A DNA stretch of 63,496 bases, filler included, from Octopus bimaculoides (GCF_001194135.2; 3 parts of 3 records of this genome joined end to end with filler, not necessarily neighbours in it); one strand, 5' to 3'; numbered from the whole stretch's first letter, positions 12,184 through 25,019 are shown. Numbers and translations are program-made. The notes: generated by a model not told the origin, from the letters alone.

Positions 12184-12392
12184 TTTTCTACTCTAGGCAC
12201 AAAGCCCGAAGTTTTTGGGGCGGGAGACAGTCGATTAAATCGACCCCAATACGCAACTGGTGCTTGATTTATCGACTCTGAAAGGATGAAAGGCAAAGTC
12301 GACCTCGGCGGAAGTTGAACTCAGAACGTGATGAAAGATGAAATACCGCTAAACATTTCGCCTGGAGTGCTAACGTTTCTGCCAGCTCGTTA
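12181..12392 (-). mobile_element. SINE family 2, subfamily B (tail ...GCCTAGAGTAGAAAAGAAT), full length
   Basis: Head GAGCTGGCAGAAACGTTAGCAC, B-box-like GAGTTCAACTTCC; matches the 13715 copy. Confidence 0.9.
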
Positions 12393-12732
12393 CCTTAGTG
12401 TTTATGATATTGTCAATTGTGGTGGTGGTGGTGTGGTTTTCAGGTATTGCTGTGATGGTGGTGCCGCTATACTGGTGGCTATGGAAATAGTAGTGGTGGT
12501 AGTAGTGATAGTGAAGATTGTTGATGAGATAGTGGCTTTTAATAATGTATATTGCAGCGAGCATTAGATGTGGTGGTGGTGGTGGCGGTGATCAATGCTG
12601 CTACCGTTTTGAAGGTGGCGGTGATCGAGCAGGCGATAGCAGAGGAGGCAGAGGTGTTGATTTGTCTTATGGTGGTGCTAATAAATGAATGTTTGCGTTG
12701 GTGGTGCTTATGGTAATCGTTAACACGATGAA

Positions 12733-13319
12733 CGGATCTTGTTCAAAACGGAGGCGCCAGTATTTTCTTAACGAAACACTTTGAAACTTGGGCCACTGGT
12801 AGAATGTGTCATATAAAACATCTTTTTCTCTTAGTCTTCTTAACAAAAAAACGTACATCGCAAGTTATTTCATGTTAAAGTTGTCGTATTTCTGTAATTT
12901 CAGCCGAATAACAGTAAGTGCTGACTACGTAAACAAACAATTGTCAAACGATTTTGGCGGTGATAAAATTATTATTTCCTTGTCAAAAAATGGCTGAAGT
13001 ATATTGGCAGTAGCTAATAAACCTTTCNNNNNNNNNNAACACACGTGTGTTGCCTCTGCAAAATGTCAGAAGTAATGGAGATTAAATACGCTTTACACCG
13101 CTTAGTAGTAACCGTAAACAGCTGAATACTTGTCAGTGATTGGTTGAAATTATCGAAATAAGACAATTTTTTTACATGAAATAAATTCGAATACAAAATT
13201 TTTTTTCTGTTCTATAACACAAAATAGATAAGTATACGAAGTTTGAAAGTCTTTCGGTACCAAAAACACTACATAAAACATTAATGAAAACTGGTGCCCC
13301 CGTTTTGAACAAGATCCCG
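12733..13319. mobile_element. Non-autonomous TIR DNA transposon (MITE), superfamily unassigned
   Basis: TIR GGATCTTGTTCAAAACGGAGGCGCCAGT vs ACTGGTGCCCCCGTTTTGAACAAGATCC; no ORF. Confidence 0.85.
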
Positions 13320-13714
13320 ATGGACTGATGGCCTATGCGGAGAGAATTACTATAGCGGTGGCGGTGGCGATGGAATTTGTGGTGATGGTGGTGGTGGTGG
13401 GTACGGTGTGACATGGTTGTGTGTTTTATCGTGGTAGTAGTGATGGTGATGACGATGGCCTGAAATTGGAGGTGGTGGGTATTTTTTGGTGATTGTGGTG
13501 GTGATATTAACAGTTATAATGTAATTGATATAGTGGTATTATTATTAGTGCAGCGATAACGGCGTAATTAGTGATGGTGCTGTCGACCGTAGTGATAGCA
13601 TCTTGATAGCGATAGTGTAATTAGCAACGGTGGTAGTGGTGGTTGTGGTGGTGGTGGTGGTGGTTGAAGTAGTGGTAATTGTAGTGGTGATGATTTCGAA
13701 AGTTGATGTTATGA

Positions 13715-13897
13715 AAGCATTAAGAAGGTATTTCGTCTGTCTTTACGTTCTGAGTACAAATTCCACCGAGGTCCACTTTGTATTTCATCCTTTCGGGGTC
13801 GATAAATTAAGTACCAGTTGCGTACTGGAGTCCATCTAATCGACTGGCCTCCTCCCCCCAAATTTCGAGCCTTATGCCTAGAGTAGAGAAGGATATC
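13715..13897 (+). mobile_element. SINE family 2, subfamily B, 5'-truncated
   Basis: GTTCTGAGTACAAATTCC...CCTTTCGGGGTCGATAAATTAAGTACCAGTTGCGTACTGG...GCCTAGAGTAG. Confidence 0.9.
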
Positions 13898-14522
13898 AAA
13901 AGGAGTTCTATGAGATGAGATCTTCTAATAAATACTAACACATAGAGATCAATGTAAATGCATTTTTTTGTCGTGCATAGGTGCATGTGTTTATGAGTCT
14001 GTGTGTTGTATTAAATACGTAGCTTTCTCTACGTTTTTATGACTTCACCGCTAGGTTACAGCTTGCTGGCCATAGTAAGAGTACTGGATACTAGGCCATG
14101 TCAAATGTCACATTTTGGAGACTTTTGCATCTTGACAGCCGGCGAGCTCCACTCAGCTACATTGATGTTATTGGCAGAGTCACAAAACAACAATTTGAAT
14201 ACTTACCAAATCTAATGTGGGACAAAAATTCCTAACGTGGAATGGTGAAATTCATTTTTCATAGTAGTTGTTTGAATAATGATTTTGTTTGAATAATGAA
14301 GGAGGTGTTGTCGTAGATAACCGAAACATGTTTAGTGGTATAGATTTCTGTAATTTATTTATATTCTGGGTACAAAACCGTAGTGGCTGGTTTTGCTTTT
14401 TATCCATCTCACATTGTTAAAATCACTATCAGTGATATACTAAGGCCAGTTTCAATGATTCTAGCCATCCCGCTTCAAATAAAAATATGAGGTACTGTTC
14501 AATTATAGTAAGTCAATATTTA

Positions 14523-14742
14523 AGGTTGCGAGCTGGGAGATCCGTTAACCCGCTGGGCAAAATGCTTAACGGCATTTTATCTGTCTTTAAGCTCCAAGTT
14601 CAAATTCCGTCGAGGTTGACTTTACCTTTTATCCTTTCGGGGTCGATGAAATAAGTACCAGTACATTTTTGGGGTCGATATAATCGGCTTACGTCCTCCC
14701 CATAAAATTGATGGCTTTGTGCCAAAATTTGAAACCAATATT
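14523..14742 (+). mobile_element. SINE family 2, subfamily A, full length
   Basis: GCGAGCTGG...AAGTTCAAATTCC...GGGGTCGATGAAATAAGTACCAG...GTGCCAAAATTTGAAACCAATA. Confidence 0.9.
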
Positions 14743-14744
14743 GA

Positions 14745-15330
14745 TATCCCTGTTTTGCCCTGGGTTTGATTTTAGGCTGCAACCGGAAGTGAGGCCCTCG
14801 TTCTGGAGTTTCAGGGTTTTGAGAAATGTGGAGCCATCTATTCGTCAGTATCGTTACCAGGTCTAGTCTGAAGCGAGGTAGTAGCACCTGTCAGGGTCCC
14901 AGGTGTTGGTTACTTAACATGTTATGGAAGAATCTTCAAGCACAAACCCTCACTAATTTGTGAGTGCCCTGGCAAAGGAAAAGACTTGGATTGCAGTCCC
15001 TCAGTCCCTCAGTCAGAAAGTCAAGGATTGCAGTCCCTCAGGCGGTCTGGTACCCTCTTTGACACCCTTCTGGTAATTCCAGGTGGAGCTGTCCAGCCCA
15101 ATAAGTCAATTCATTTAATAGAAAGCTACTCCATTGTAATACCTATAGCTTGCTGGTCACCTCACTCTTCTTATCCTACCGAACCACTGTGGTCAAACTT
15201 TAGGGTTTAAAGAGTTTGGTCTGACTGCGAAGACTGATACTCAAGCTAAATATACTAAGCGCAGGCAGGAAGAAAAGCCCCGTAGCATCAAGGACAGGTT
15301 TAATAAACCGATCCTTGAGGACGTGCCTTA
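14745..15330. other. GC-elevated island of unknown origin (possibly a retroelement UTR)
   Basis: Higher GC than flanks; local duplication of GGATTGCAGTCCCTCAG; no protein motif recognised. Confidence 0.3.
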
Positions 15331-16904
15331 TCATTTTCGGACACAAACTACCATCATGATCATCATCATCATGTTCTTGTTCTTCTTATTTAACCTCACG
15401 TTACTGTTGATTGATCATGAGTGGAAACCTTGATCATCCTACAACTGTTGTTTCTAGCACCAATCAGCCCAGACGGAATCTACAACCAAAATACCTCCAG
15501 TCCAGATCGTCACGTTCTCGTGTCATTTAGTACAACATTATCAAATATGTCCTCATGTTATGACGGAAGAGCTTGACTTGAGAGATATTTGATTGCTACT
15601 TTCTGGATACATATATTTCTATCACGCTTTAAAATGGTATAATTTGAGGGATATTCTACTCAGTATCTATCAGGTTAAGACTATCACGTAGATGCGTTCC
15701 TTTCGGCTGAAATCAATATTCTTTCGAGCGGTAGAGTGTGATTCGAGAGAGATTTATTTGCTATTTCTACTAGATCGAGTAATAGCATAGAGACTTTCTT
15801 TTCATGCCGATCACCAATATCTATTATACTATTCAACAAGCGTAGCGAGGTAAGTCGAAATTGCGATTCGATTGAAGTTACTTCACCTCATGTGCGTTGT
15901 TGTTTTCATTGGGAAATGAACGAACACCATATCTAGCATTTCTTTCTTTCTCCTCATATATAGAGCTTTTGATAATTGGTAGAAAGAAACCAATATCTAT
16001 CATTTGTTTCACTGTACAAACTACAGTACAAAACTATCTGGTCTGTCTGTTGCCTACATTTCGACTGCATTTCACGCTAACCTCCATGTCATGTCTATCT
16101 TTGACATTTCTTATCTTTAATGCTTAATGTCCTTCGTGTTTGGTGTTGTGTGACGTCACTTGAATATCGATAGAAAAAGTCGTCTGTATGTGTGTGTGAA
16201 AGAGAGAGAGAGAGAGAGACAGAGAGATAGAGAGAGGGGAGGAAGAGTAAAGTAATAAGTAAGCTGCTGACTTTTGCTTGTTGCTTGACTGACATCAATG
16301 AATCTGATAAACTATTAAATACAGTTTTCATAATTGCGTATCCAGATGGCGTTCTTCGATAAATGTCAATGATGTTAGGAAGTGATTGTACAAACTATCT
16401 AATGTTCAGCAAAGATCTGTCTTTTGTATGTCTTTTCCAAAGTTCAAATTTTATAGGGTTAACTTTTATCTGCGGTTTGCTCCTTATCTTTTTAAAAGAG
16501 ACTTAAGAAAAATCAAAATTAGATATACGCTCACACACATTCTGTATATTACCCCTAACTATAGAACTCAGGTGCTATTTATAATGTATTATTGTGCATA
16601 TATTTGGTACGGCACTGTTGCTAGAAATTTAAATATTATAGACAGCATAAAGAAAGATTTGCTGGTCGACTGTCAGAAATTGGCTCAACAATTTGTTGAA
16701 GCCACTGGACTCTTCTGTGGTTTTTACAACAGCTGTTAATCATCGTATTTAATAAACTGGAACTTTACCTTTACTGAAACCGTCACAATGCAGTTTTACC
16801 TATTTATCTCTGCGGTGTCTTACTCCCCGACTCTGCATTAAAAAGCTTTCCAAATCCTCTTTGCAACACAATGGAATTTTCTTCCTGTTCATGTGGTTGT
16901 TGTT

Positions 16905-17040
16905 TAGCCTCACGTGAACCCTAGTCGAACAGACATACTATCAAAATTATTCTAGGTGTAATTTTTTTATGCCTTCAAAATCCTGTTTCAAACTCTTGGT
17001 TTCTCATTTTTTAGCAGGTCAATCGGCCACGTTGAAACTC
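16905..17040 (+). mobile_element. Short interspersed family C (GTTTAACCCCAGGTCAG...GCTATTTCTAGCAGG type); other decayed copies at ~15380-15620, 20985-21190, 34080-34250(-), 57740-57965, 58015-58140
   Basis: Shared 5' GTTTA(A/G)CC..AGGT and 3' GATTT.G.TG.TATTTCTAG.AGG..GAG.GACCAC.TAGAG blocks between copies. Confidence 0.6.
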
Positions 17041-17310
17041 CTTCCCAGTGACTTGAGAGGCTCCATGTTTTCCTTACTAGCATTAGTATAAAATATCTTA
17101 AGCTGACCATTAATCGCATAAAACCCACCGTTACAGGAGAATTAACAAAATGCTTGGGCACTGCTCCTCTTTCTTTGAATAAACATAAATATTACTGATT
17201 TAATTACATTAAATTATCGAGCGACGAATCAGTTAAGTAGTATATGAATCTATTACAGGTATTATTCTCAGCTTAAGAGAGGAAGAGTTCATAATTTTCT
17301 TTTTCCGCAG

Positions 17311-17358
17311 CGTTTCTATCTCTGATGGTGACCGGAAGGAAGAAACCGTGATAGATGG
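17311..17358 (+). CDS. Candidate 48-nt symmetric (phase 2-2) coding micro-exon, xVSISDGDRKEETVIDG
   Basis: Acceptor TTTTCTTTTTCCGCAG, donor GG|GTAATT, only one open frame, purine-rich; protein not recognised. Confidence 0.4.
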
Positions 17359-17518
17359 GTAATTGTTAAATTATAGAACTTTTTCGAGTGTTTACAACAA
17401 AATCCACATAGCTAAAGGAAATCTAGGGCTGTATGGTGGTGGTGGTGGTGGTGGTTTTGGTGACGGTGTTAAGCCGAACAAAGCTTAGATCTACAAGATT
17501 ATCATGCACACACACACA

Positions 17519-17559
<41 letters not shown>

Positions 17560-19429
17560 ATGCATACCACTACACACGCTTACCGTTCAACCCGATTCCA
17601 TTGACAAGTATTGGACCAAAATGAAACTATAATAGAAAACATCTGCCCACATTGCAGCGTTCCTGTATCAAATCTTGAAATAATTGTTGGACGAACTTTA
17701 CAACCACATGGCCATCTAAATTAGATCCCTGTTACAGCGAAACAATCTTTTATAAATACAATTATCTCACACACACTGAGCTCATTGATGTTTATTTAAT
17801 ACAATCGACCATATATTGTTGTGTAATTTTTTTTCAAATAGGAGAATACAAGAATTTTGATTTAGAGTTCCATAATCCAAGTTTCCATTGTTACGTCTGA
17901 TGAAATCTTTATCGTTAAATATTGACGCAGTTTGTCAAAGAAAATTTCTGTATGTCACACTTACAGAAGGAATTTACTGCACACTTAGAAAATACTGCTC
18001 GTTATTGTACTTCCATACTGCACGTCAACGAGTTGTAGCACTCTATGGTGCCAAATTACAGCCAGGAGCACGATTCCTTTTACCGTTAAATGTCATAATC
18101 AGAGACACAACACTACATCTGTGAATGAGATAGGACCTTCGTTTTGTTCATTAAAAACAAATCAAAATAAATGTCGCTTTATTGATACGCTGGTTACGTT
18201 GATAGGAATATGACAAATCAATATTAAAATAGAACAGCAACGAGCCACGTTTACCGCTTTCTTTAGAGAAATTTCGTAATTTTATTTAGTATTCTGAGAT
18301 AGTTATCTTCCAATAATTCAAATAGATTTCGAGTAAATTACTAAATTTTCTTCCTCAGACATTCTGGCAGCATTGTTGCCAATAAAGTATTTAGACATTT
18401 GAAATACTTTAATTGGTACTTTAAAACACTTTAAAGGACCCCTGCACTCGTTCACTCTCTCAGTAGTCGTTATTACATTTATTACCCTTATGCCTTGCTT
18501 ACCTTATATGGGTCACGTATCTTTTCGTTTTTACATTCATTGATTAAAGATTAACTTATTTTTGCAATTCAAAAAAAAAAAAAATTCTATATGGCAATTT
18601 ATCTCACCTACTGTCAATTATCAAACACATATATGATTACATGAACACACGTATGCACACTATAATTTGACGCATCGTCACATACGCGATGACACACATA
18701 CACATGCATATATACAGTTATTAGTTGAATACACAATGCATGTGAGGTTTATGAAATTTATTTTATATTTTCCCCAAAATCTTAACTGTATAGTTTTCAT
18801 ATCTTCGTTAGTAATTGGAAAATGTAATTAACCATAATCTATTGATGTTTTGCATGCCATTATCTGAAGATTGCATTTTTCCCATGCCTAAGTTGTTACT
18901 GTTAATTATTGCTGATCTGGAAAATTTATGTGCTTATAAAAGACTAAAGACAGCACTATTTATCAGCAGATAAAAAATATAAGGAAAACAAGACTGCACG
19001 GTAGTGGCAACAACATGCGCAACAGTATCAAATATCTGCTGAAGCAAACTAATGTTATGTCCAAATTGACATGCCAAACATGCGATTGTAGCTGCAATGC
19101 AAGCAACTAACTGGAAGCGAATGTCAGGAGGTAGTTAAGCAATACCAAACGCACAACTACAGCAAACAAAATAATAATCACAATGATAATACATCACATT
19201 ACTCACAAATCTTCTTGGTAATTACAATATATAATGAACATTAGATATATCAATATAAACACACGAAATAGACAGAATGAAGAGATGGCGACAAAGAGAA
19301 GTATGAAGCAAAATAATTAGGAAAAGAAGGAGCGGAAAATATTGCTGTCTCGCATACATATACGATCATACATTTTGCCTGAGAGAATAATAGATTATAT
19401 TTTATATTTATAACCATAGAGTGTTTAAG

Positions 19430-19670
19430 TCTCTTAAGCTTGGTGACATTGACTTAGCTAATGTTCTTGAATAGCTGAAGGCTGCAGTAGATGCATAGGA
19501 AGGGAGTGAATGTTAGAGGGTTGATGTTCTGAGGATGAAGGAATCGGAGAGATGGTTAGTGGGAAGAGCACCACTGATAATTCCTCGAATGTCAACTTTG
19601 TTGCAAGCAGATCTCATGATAGAGAGTAACTTCGGACTACCAGTAATTTGCCCGACATATATTCCTTAGC
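19430..19670 (-). mobile_element. 3' end of a CR1-group (Crack/L2-like) LINE
   Basis: Minus frame SDSFILRTSTL*HSLPS resembles the terminal SFxPRTxxLWNSLP motif. Confidence 0.55.
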
Positions 19671-20113
19671 GCCGCTTCACTATTTCTTCTAAAAGAAGCA
19701 GTGAAAATACGTAAACGTAAATAAAATTGCAAAGATAATATAAGTAAAAACGGATGATTAAAAACAAAAGAAGTGTTAGAGAAGAGAAATATGAAGTTGT
19801 GAATTTATTGTAGCTGTTATCGAGCTCCAGGTCGACTTCGATTGAAAAGGCTTCTATATTATCTATCGCTTCCTTCCTTCTTTGTGATCAAAGATATTCT
19901 AGTTTGATAGTAAATTGAGACCAGAGTAAATTGTTGTCCAAGACAACGAAAATCAGTTCACAAAACTAAGATTGACTCAGCTTAAGCAGATTCAAAGAAT
20001 TTTGTATAAACCTATTTACATTAAAATTGTTATTAATCTTTCAGAGAACATGCAAAATTGACATCCTTTCGGCACTCCTTGGCCATCCCTTATCAGACAC
20101 ATTTTCTGATATA

Positions 20114-20956
20114 CAAGGTGGTATCAAAATGTTCCATGACTAGTAATGTTTAATAAAAAAATAACTTATTTATCTAAGTTTTTACATCATCTCCTTCGAA
20201 ATAGTCTCCTTCTCTAGCAGTACACCGGTTCTACCGTTCCTGCCACTTTCGGAATCCGGCTTGGAAGTCTTGTTTTCCGCAAGCGAGTCGAGGACCTTCT
20301 GCGATTCGCTCTGGATCTCGACAATGGTGTTAAACCTTTGAGTAGCGTTTTCATCTTGTGGGGAAGCGGTGGAATCCCACAGGTGCTTAATCTGGCGAAT
20401 AGGGTGGGTCCAGAAACAATACGATGTTGTTTTTGACAAGAAGCTCGCGAGTGAAGAGGGTTCAGAGAAGAATCCAATTCTTCACGCTCCACGTATCCGG
20501 TCACTTTCGCCAAATGTCATCCCTCAAACGATTCAAAGTGTTGCAGTAGAATTCTCGATTGACGGTCTGGCTCTGGGGGACAAATTCTCGATGCACAATA
20601 CCACATTTACGGGGATGACGCTCGTGGCAGGTCTTCCAGGTTGCTCATCGGCTGCCAGGAACCTTCTGCCGCTTTTGAAGCGCCAGTTCCTCTCAAAATA
20701 TTGCCTACGACCCATTACCTCGTTGCCGTAAGCTTGCCGTCGCATGCTCAATGTCTCTGTAGCAGAATTGCCAAGTTTAACATCGTAGACTACAGCATAC
20801 ACACGATCACAAAAACATAAATTACACAACTTGCGAAGTAAACACAGCGATGTCACTCGACACACTGCCTCATGAAGGTCACTGCGCACGCAACCGTGTG
20901 CTGCCATCTATTAGCGCGCTACAGGATTCGCCCGGGAACCTTTTGATACCACCACA
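20114..20956 (-). mobile_element. Internally deleted mariner (843 bp)
   Basis: TIRs CAAGGTGGTATCAAAATGTTCC / GGAACCTTTTGATACCACCACA with TA flanks; VKLGNSATETLSM..QAYG, RFKSGR...DEQPGRPATS, RFNTIVEIQSESQKVLDSL, EGDYFEGD. Confidence 0.93.
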
Positions 20957-21876
20957 TAGTGTATGTAGGACAGTAGCTTGTTTTTTTTCTTCGTCGTTTA
21001 GCCCCAGGTCAACCAGAAAGAGCAAATCTATAACGCATTCAAGCCATAACTATGGTGTCTTTTATGCATATATAACATCTTCAACAACTACATTATCTCT
21101 TGCTCCTTTTCTTCTTATTAAATACAGTAGAGTGTGATGTGAAGGAGATTAAGGTTCTATTTCTAGTAGGTTGGGGAACCAACTGGAGAATATCTCTTCA
21201 CATTATTCCTTCTATTTTTGTGTCTTGAACAGGTAATGAAGATTTTCTAATGTAGAAATTAAAGTTTTGCGTGGTGAACGCCGCCACCGACATTAAAAGC
21301 TTAATCTTCGGGTTGGTTTTGTTGAACGTCATTGCATAAACTAAGCTAAATTCGATTAAATTCACATCATTCATAAAGATAGAGTCTTAAATATTATTGA
21401 GAAATGGTTTATAAAGAAATACCTTTCTTATGTTATCCACCAATAATGGCGACCGGTTCAGATATACACCACAGGAGATTTGCTCTAAGAAATAATCGGA
21501 TTATCATGCAATGTTTCGTATGCTGCAAAGCCACTGCGTACCAGGACTGGCAATAATGCCTTGCGCGCGCCAATGTGGACGCTTCTGTGTAGTCGTTTGG
21601 CCTGATAGAAATAGCTGACCAAATCTCTTATAAACGTAACACTGCCATTTCAAACTATGTAGGGTATTAAACGTCTAAACGAATGACATTAGTTATCGCT
21701 AATACGATTGGTAGTCTATTTATTAATCCCATTTTTAGATATAAGTATTGATCAGTTTTTAACCAAATTGTTTGTTTTGTTGATCAGATATAAATATCAA
21801 AACAGTTTTCAACTCTAACATGAGGTGGATAGTCCTAAAAATTATAAATGCTTAGCAGATATTAGACATAGTGGGT

Positions 21877-21966
21877 CTGTAAAAAGAGAAGAGGATTAGA
21901 TATAGTTAAAATGCTTTTAAACATATAAGGGACTAAACAACAACTATAAAATCAACAGTTACATAC
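21877..21966 (-). other. Canonical 90-nt GT-AG intron (non-coding or UTR context)
   Basis: Donor CAG|GTATGT, T-rich interior, branch-like CTAAT, acceptor CCTCTTCTCTTTTTACAG|. Confidence 0.5.
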
Positions 21967-22156
21967 CTGTTGGGATAGAGAAAAATCGAGACTCCAGATA
22001 GATAAACTCACTGCTTGAGGAATTTTATTGATGGATTTGATATTTTCTCCCCCTTCTCTCTCTCCCTCTTTCTGTTAAACACCTCCCACACACATACACA
22101 CACACATATATATGTATAAACTCATATATATAAACGCGCACACACATATGTATATA

Positions 22157-22203
<47 letters not shown>

Positions 22204-23419
22204 ATATAAATTTAGTTAAAACTTTTTATTGATGAAATGCATTTTCCATATTGTAATAAAACACATTTAGCGCATGTCAAATATTCCAGTCTTTAAGTAA
22301 ATACTTGTGTGTGTATGTGTGTGTGGGAGTGTGCATGTATTAATGCAAAGAAAAGGGGATGCTGTTATAACCTGAATTTTTATAACCACAGGTTGCTTAT
22401 TATCTGAGTTTGTAGCAGCTGATCTTTGAGTAACCTTCTATATTTGTTNNNNNNNNNNNNNNNNNNNNNNNNNNNNNNNNNNNNNNNNNNNNNNNNNNNN
22501 NNNNNNNNNNNNNNNNNNNNNNNNNNNNNNNNNNNNNNNNNNNNNNNNNNNNNNNNNNNNNNNNNNNNNNNNNNNNNNNNNNNNNNNNNNNNNNNNNNNN
22601 NNNNNNNNNNNNNNNNNNNNNNNNNNNNNNNNNNNNNNNNNNNNNNNNNNNNNNNNNNNNNNNNNNNNNNNNNNNNNNNNNNNNNNNNNNNNNNNNNNNN
22701 NNNNNNNNNNNNNNNNNNNNNNNNNNNNNNNNNNNNNNNNNNNNNNNNNNNNNNNNNNNNNNNNNNNNNNNNNNNNNNNNNNNNNNNNNNNNNNNNNNNN
22801 NNNNNNNNNNNNNNNNNNNNNNNNNNNNNNNNNNNNNNNNNNNNNNNNNNNNNNNNNNNNNNNNNNNNNNNNNNNNNNNNNNNNNNNNNNNNNNNNNNNN
22901 NNNNNNNNNNNNNNNNNNNNNNNNNNNNNNNNNNNNNNNNNNNNNNNNNNNNNNNNNNNNNNNNNNNNNNNNNNNNNNNNNNNNNNNNNNNNNNNNNNNN
23001 NNNNNNNNNNNNNNNNNNNNNNNNNNNNNNNNNNNNNNNNNNNNNNNNNNNNNNNNNNNNNNNNNNNNNNNNNNNNNNNNNNNNNNNNNNNNNNNNNNNN
23101 NNNNNNNNNNNNNNNNNNNNNNNNNNNNNNNNNNNNNNNNNNNNNNNNNNNNNNNNNNNNNNNNNNNNNNNNNNNNNNNNNNNNNNNNNNNNNNNNNNNN
23201 NNNNNNNNNNNNNNNNNNNNNNNNNNNNNNNNNNNNNNNNNNNNNNNNNNNNNNNNNNNNNNNNNNNNNNNNNNNNNNNNNNNNNNNNNNNNNNNNNNNN
23301 NNNNNNNNNNNNNNNNNNNNNNNNNNNNNNNNNNNNNNNNNNNNNNNNNNNNNNNNNNNNNNNNNNNNNNNNNNNNNNNNNNNNNNNNNNNNNNNNNNNN
23401 NNNNNNNNNNNNNNNNNNN

Positions 23420-24206
23420 ATCCTCGAGTATAATCCGCATTTTTTCCCCAAAATTTAAAGTCAAAATCCCTAGTGCGTACTATATACGAGGTTAAAAATG
23501 AAAAATATTTTCTAAGCAATGTCCGAGTCTTTATTTGCTGTCCGACAATGTTTATTCAGACGCATTTTGTGATGTCGGGCGCGAAAATACCTTAAGCTAA
23601 GCCTGAAAGCAATAAAGTCATAAAAGAATCATCCATAACTTGCAGTAAGCAACATTTATTAAAATTAAAGCGTTGTATATCATCTGGATGGTACTCAGGA
23701 TGACGTTGTATGGAAAGATGAAATAAATGAAAGTGAATCTTCTGATGTTGACTATGAATCTGACGATGACGAGATTTACACTACAATGATGCTGACATGT
23801 TTCCAAAGGAACAAATGGAACAGTTGTTATTTGATGCTGAAATTTGAAGGATTTGAAGAAATGTCTTTGCTCTTGTTTTTGTTACTGATAGTGATAGATA
23901 TGTGAAAGGCAATTTGCTTAATATTTATTTTTCACTGACGTTGTTGCTGTTATTTCTTTATTTCTTTATTTTCTGCTAACAAAGTGCACAAAAAAGCTGC
24001 ACGTTTGCATTATGTTATATATACAATAATAATAAAGGACGTTACCGTATATATGTTTACAAAGCAAGGACGTTATATAGACCTCCTTGACTCAAGTTAG
24101 AGAAGGGGTGCGTATTATACACAAGGTTTAGGTTTTTCAGAGGTACACACCCTAAAAATCCCCTGCGTATTATACTTAAGGGCGGACTATACTCCAGGAT
24201 TTACGA
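23420..24206 (+). mobile_element. Non-autonomous pogo/Tc2-like transposon; left end abuts a gap
   Basis: TIRs ATCCTCGAGTATAATCCGC / GCGGACTATACTCCAGGATTTACG, subterminal TGCGTA(C/T)TAT repeats; remnant DGTQDDVVWKDEINESESSD resembling the pogo C-terminal CCISNALDGxEDDxxW. Confidence 0.8.
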
Positions 24207-24589
24207 TATATANNNNNNNNNNNNNNNNNNNNNNNNNNNNNNNNNNNNNNNNNNNNNNNNNNNNNNNNNNNNNNNNNNNNNNNNNNNNNNNNNNNNNNNN
24301 NNNNNNNNNNNNNNNNNNNNNNNNNNNNNNNNNNNNNNNNNNNNNNNNNNNNNNNNNNNNNNNNNNNNNNNNNNNNNNNNNNNNNNNNNTATATATATAC
24401 ATATATACCACTGAGTCTATGTAACCTCGAGCAAACATAGACAGCATCCCGAACCATCATATTTGGTTCTAGAGAACATACAGAATGCGATAACATCTTA
24501 TTTTGTTTGAAGTAACACACACACACACACACAGACACACACACACACACACACACAATTTTGTACGCATGTTCTTACATACATAAAAC

Positions 24590-24918
24590 AAGACACTATC
24601 CAATAAATCCACCACCAGTTTGGATTGTTGCCTTGTGACAGTTTCTAAGTCAACTAAATGCGTTGATTTTTATTCATGTTGGCCACAACGTCTCCAAAAA
24701 TTAAGTAAGAAAACCTGTAAAATAATCCAGAATCCTTGTCCGGCATCAGGTCGATCCCAAAATCTAATCAGTTCGTACCAGTTACAAGGCCAAACATCCC
24801 TGAAAGCTTCATCCGAATCCATCGAGCGGTTCTTGAGATATCTTGTCCACGGACGAACAAACAAACAAACAAACACGACTGAAAACAATACCTCCGCCTT
24901 AGCGAAGGCGGAGGTAAT
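24590..24918 (-). mobile_element. Helentron-associated (HINE/DINE-1-like) non-autonomous rolling-circle element; left boundary uncertain
   Basis: Minus-strand 5' end TTATTACCTCCGCCTT-CGCT-AAGGCGGAGGTA hairpin, then (GTTT)n microsatellite, then ATCTCAAGAACC...GGATTCGGATGAAGCTTT body typical of this class. Confidence 0.7.
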
Positions 24919-25019
24919 AAAAGAATTTCCGTCAGGTGATAAAAGCACTTTTCAATTAAAAGTGAAAGACCTGCGGACAGCGTAGATCCATTTGGGTTAA
25001 AGACTTGATACTGACCTCC

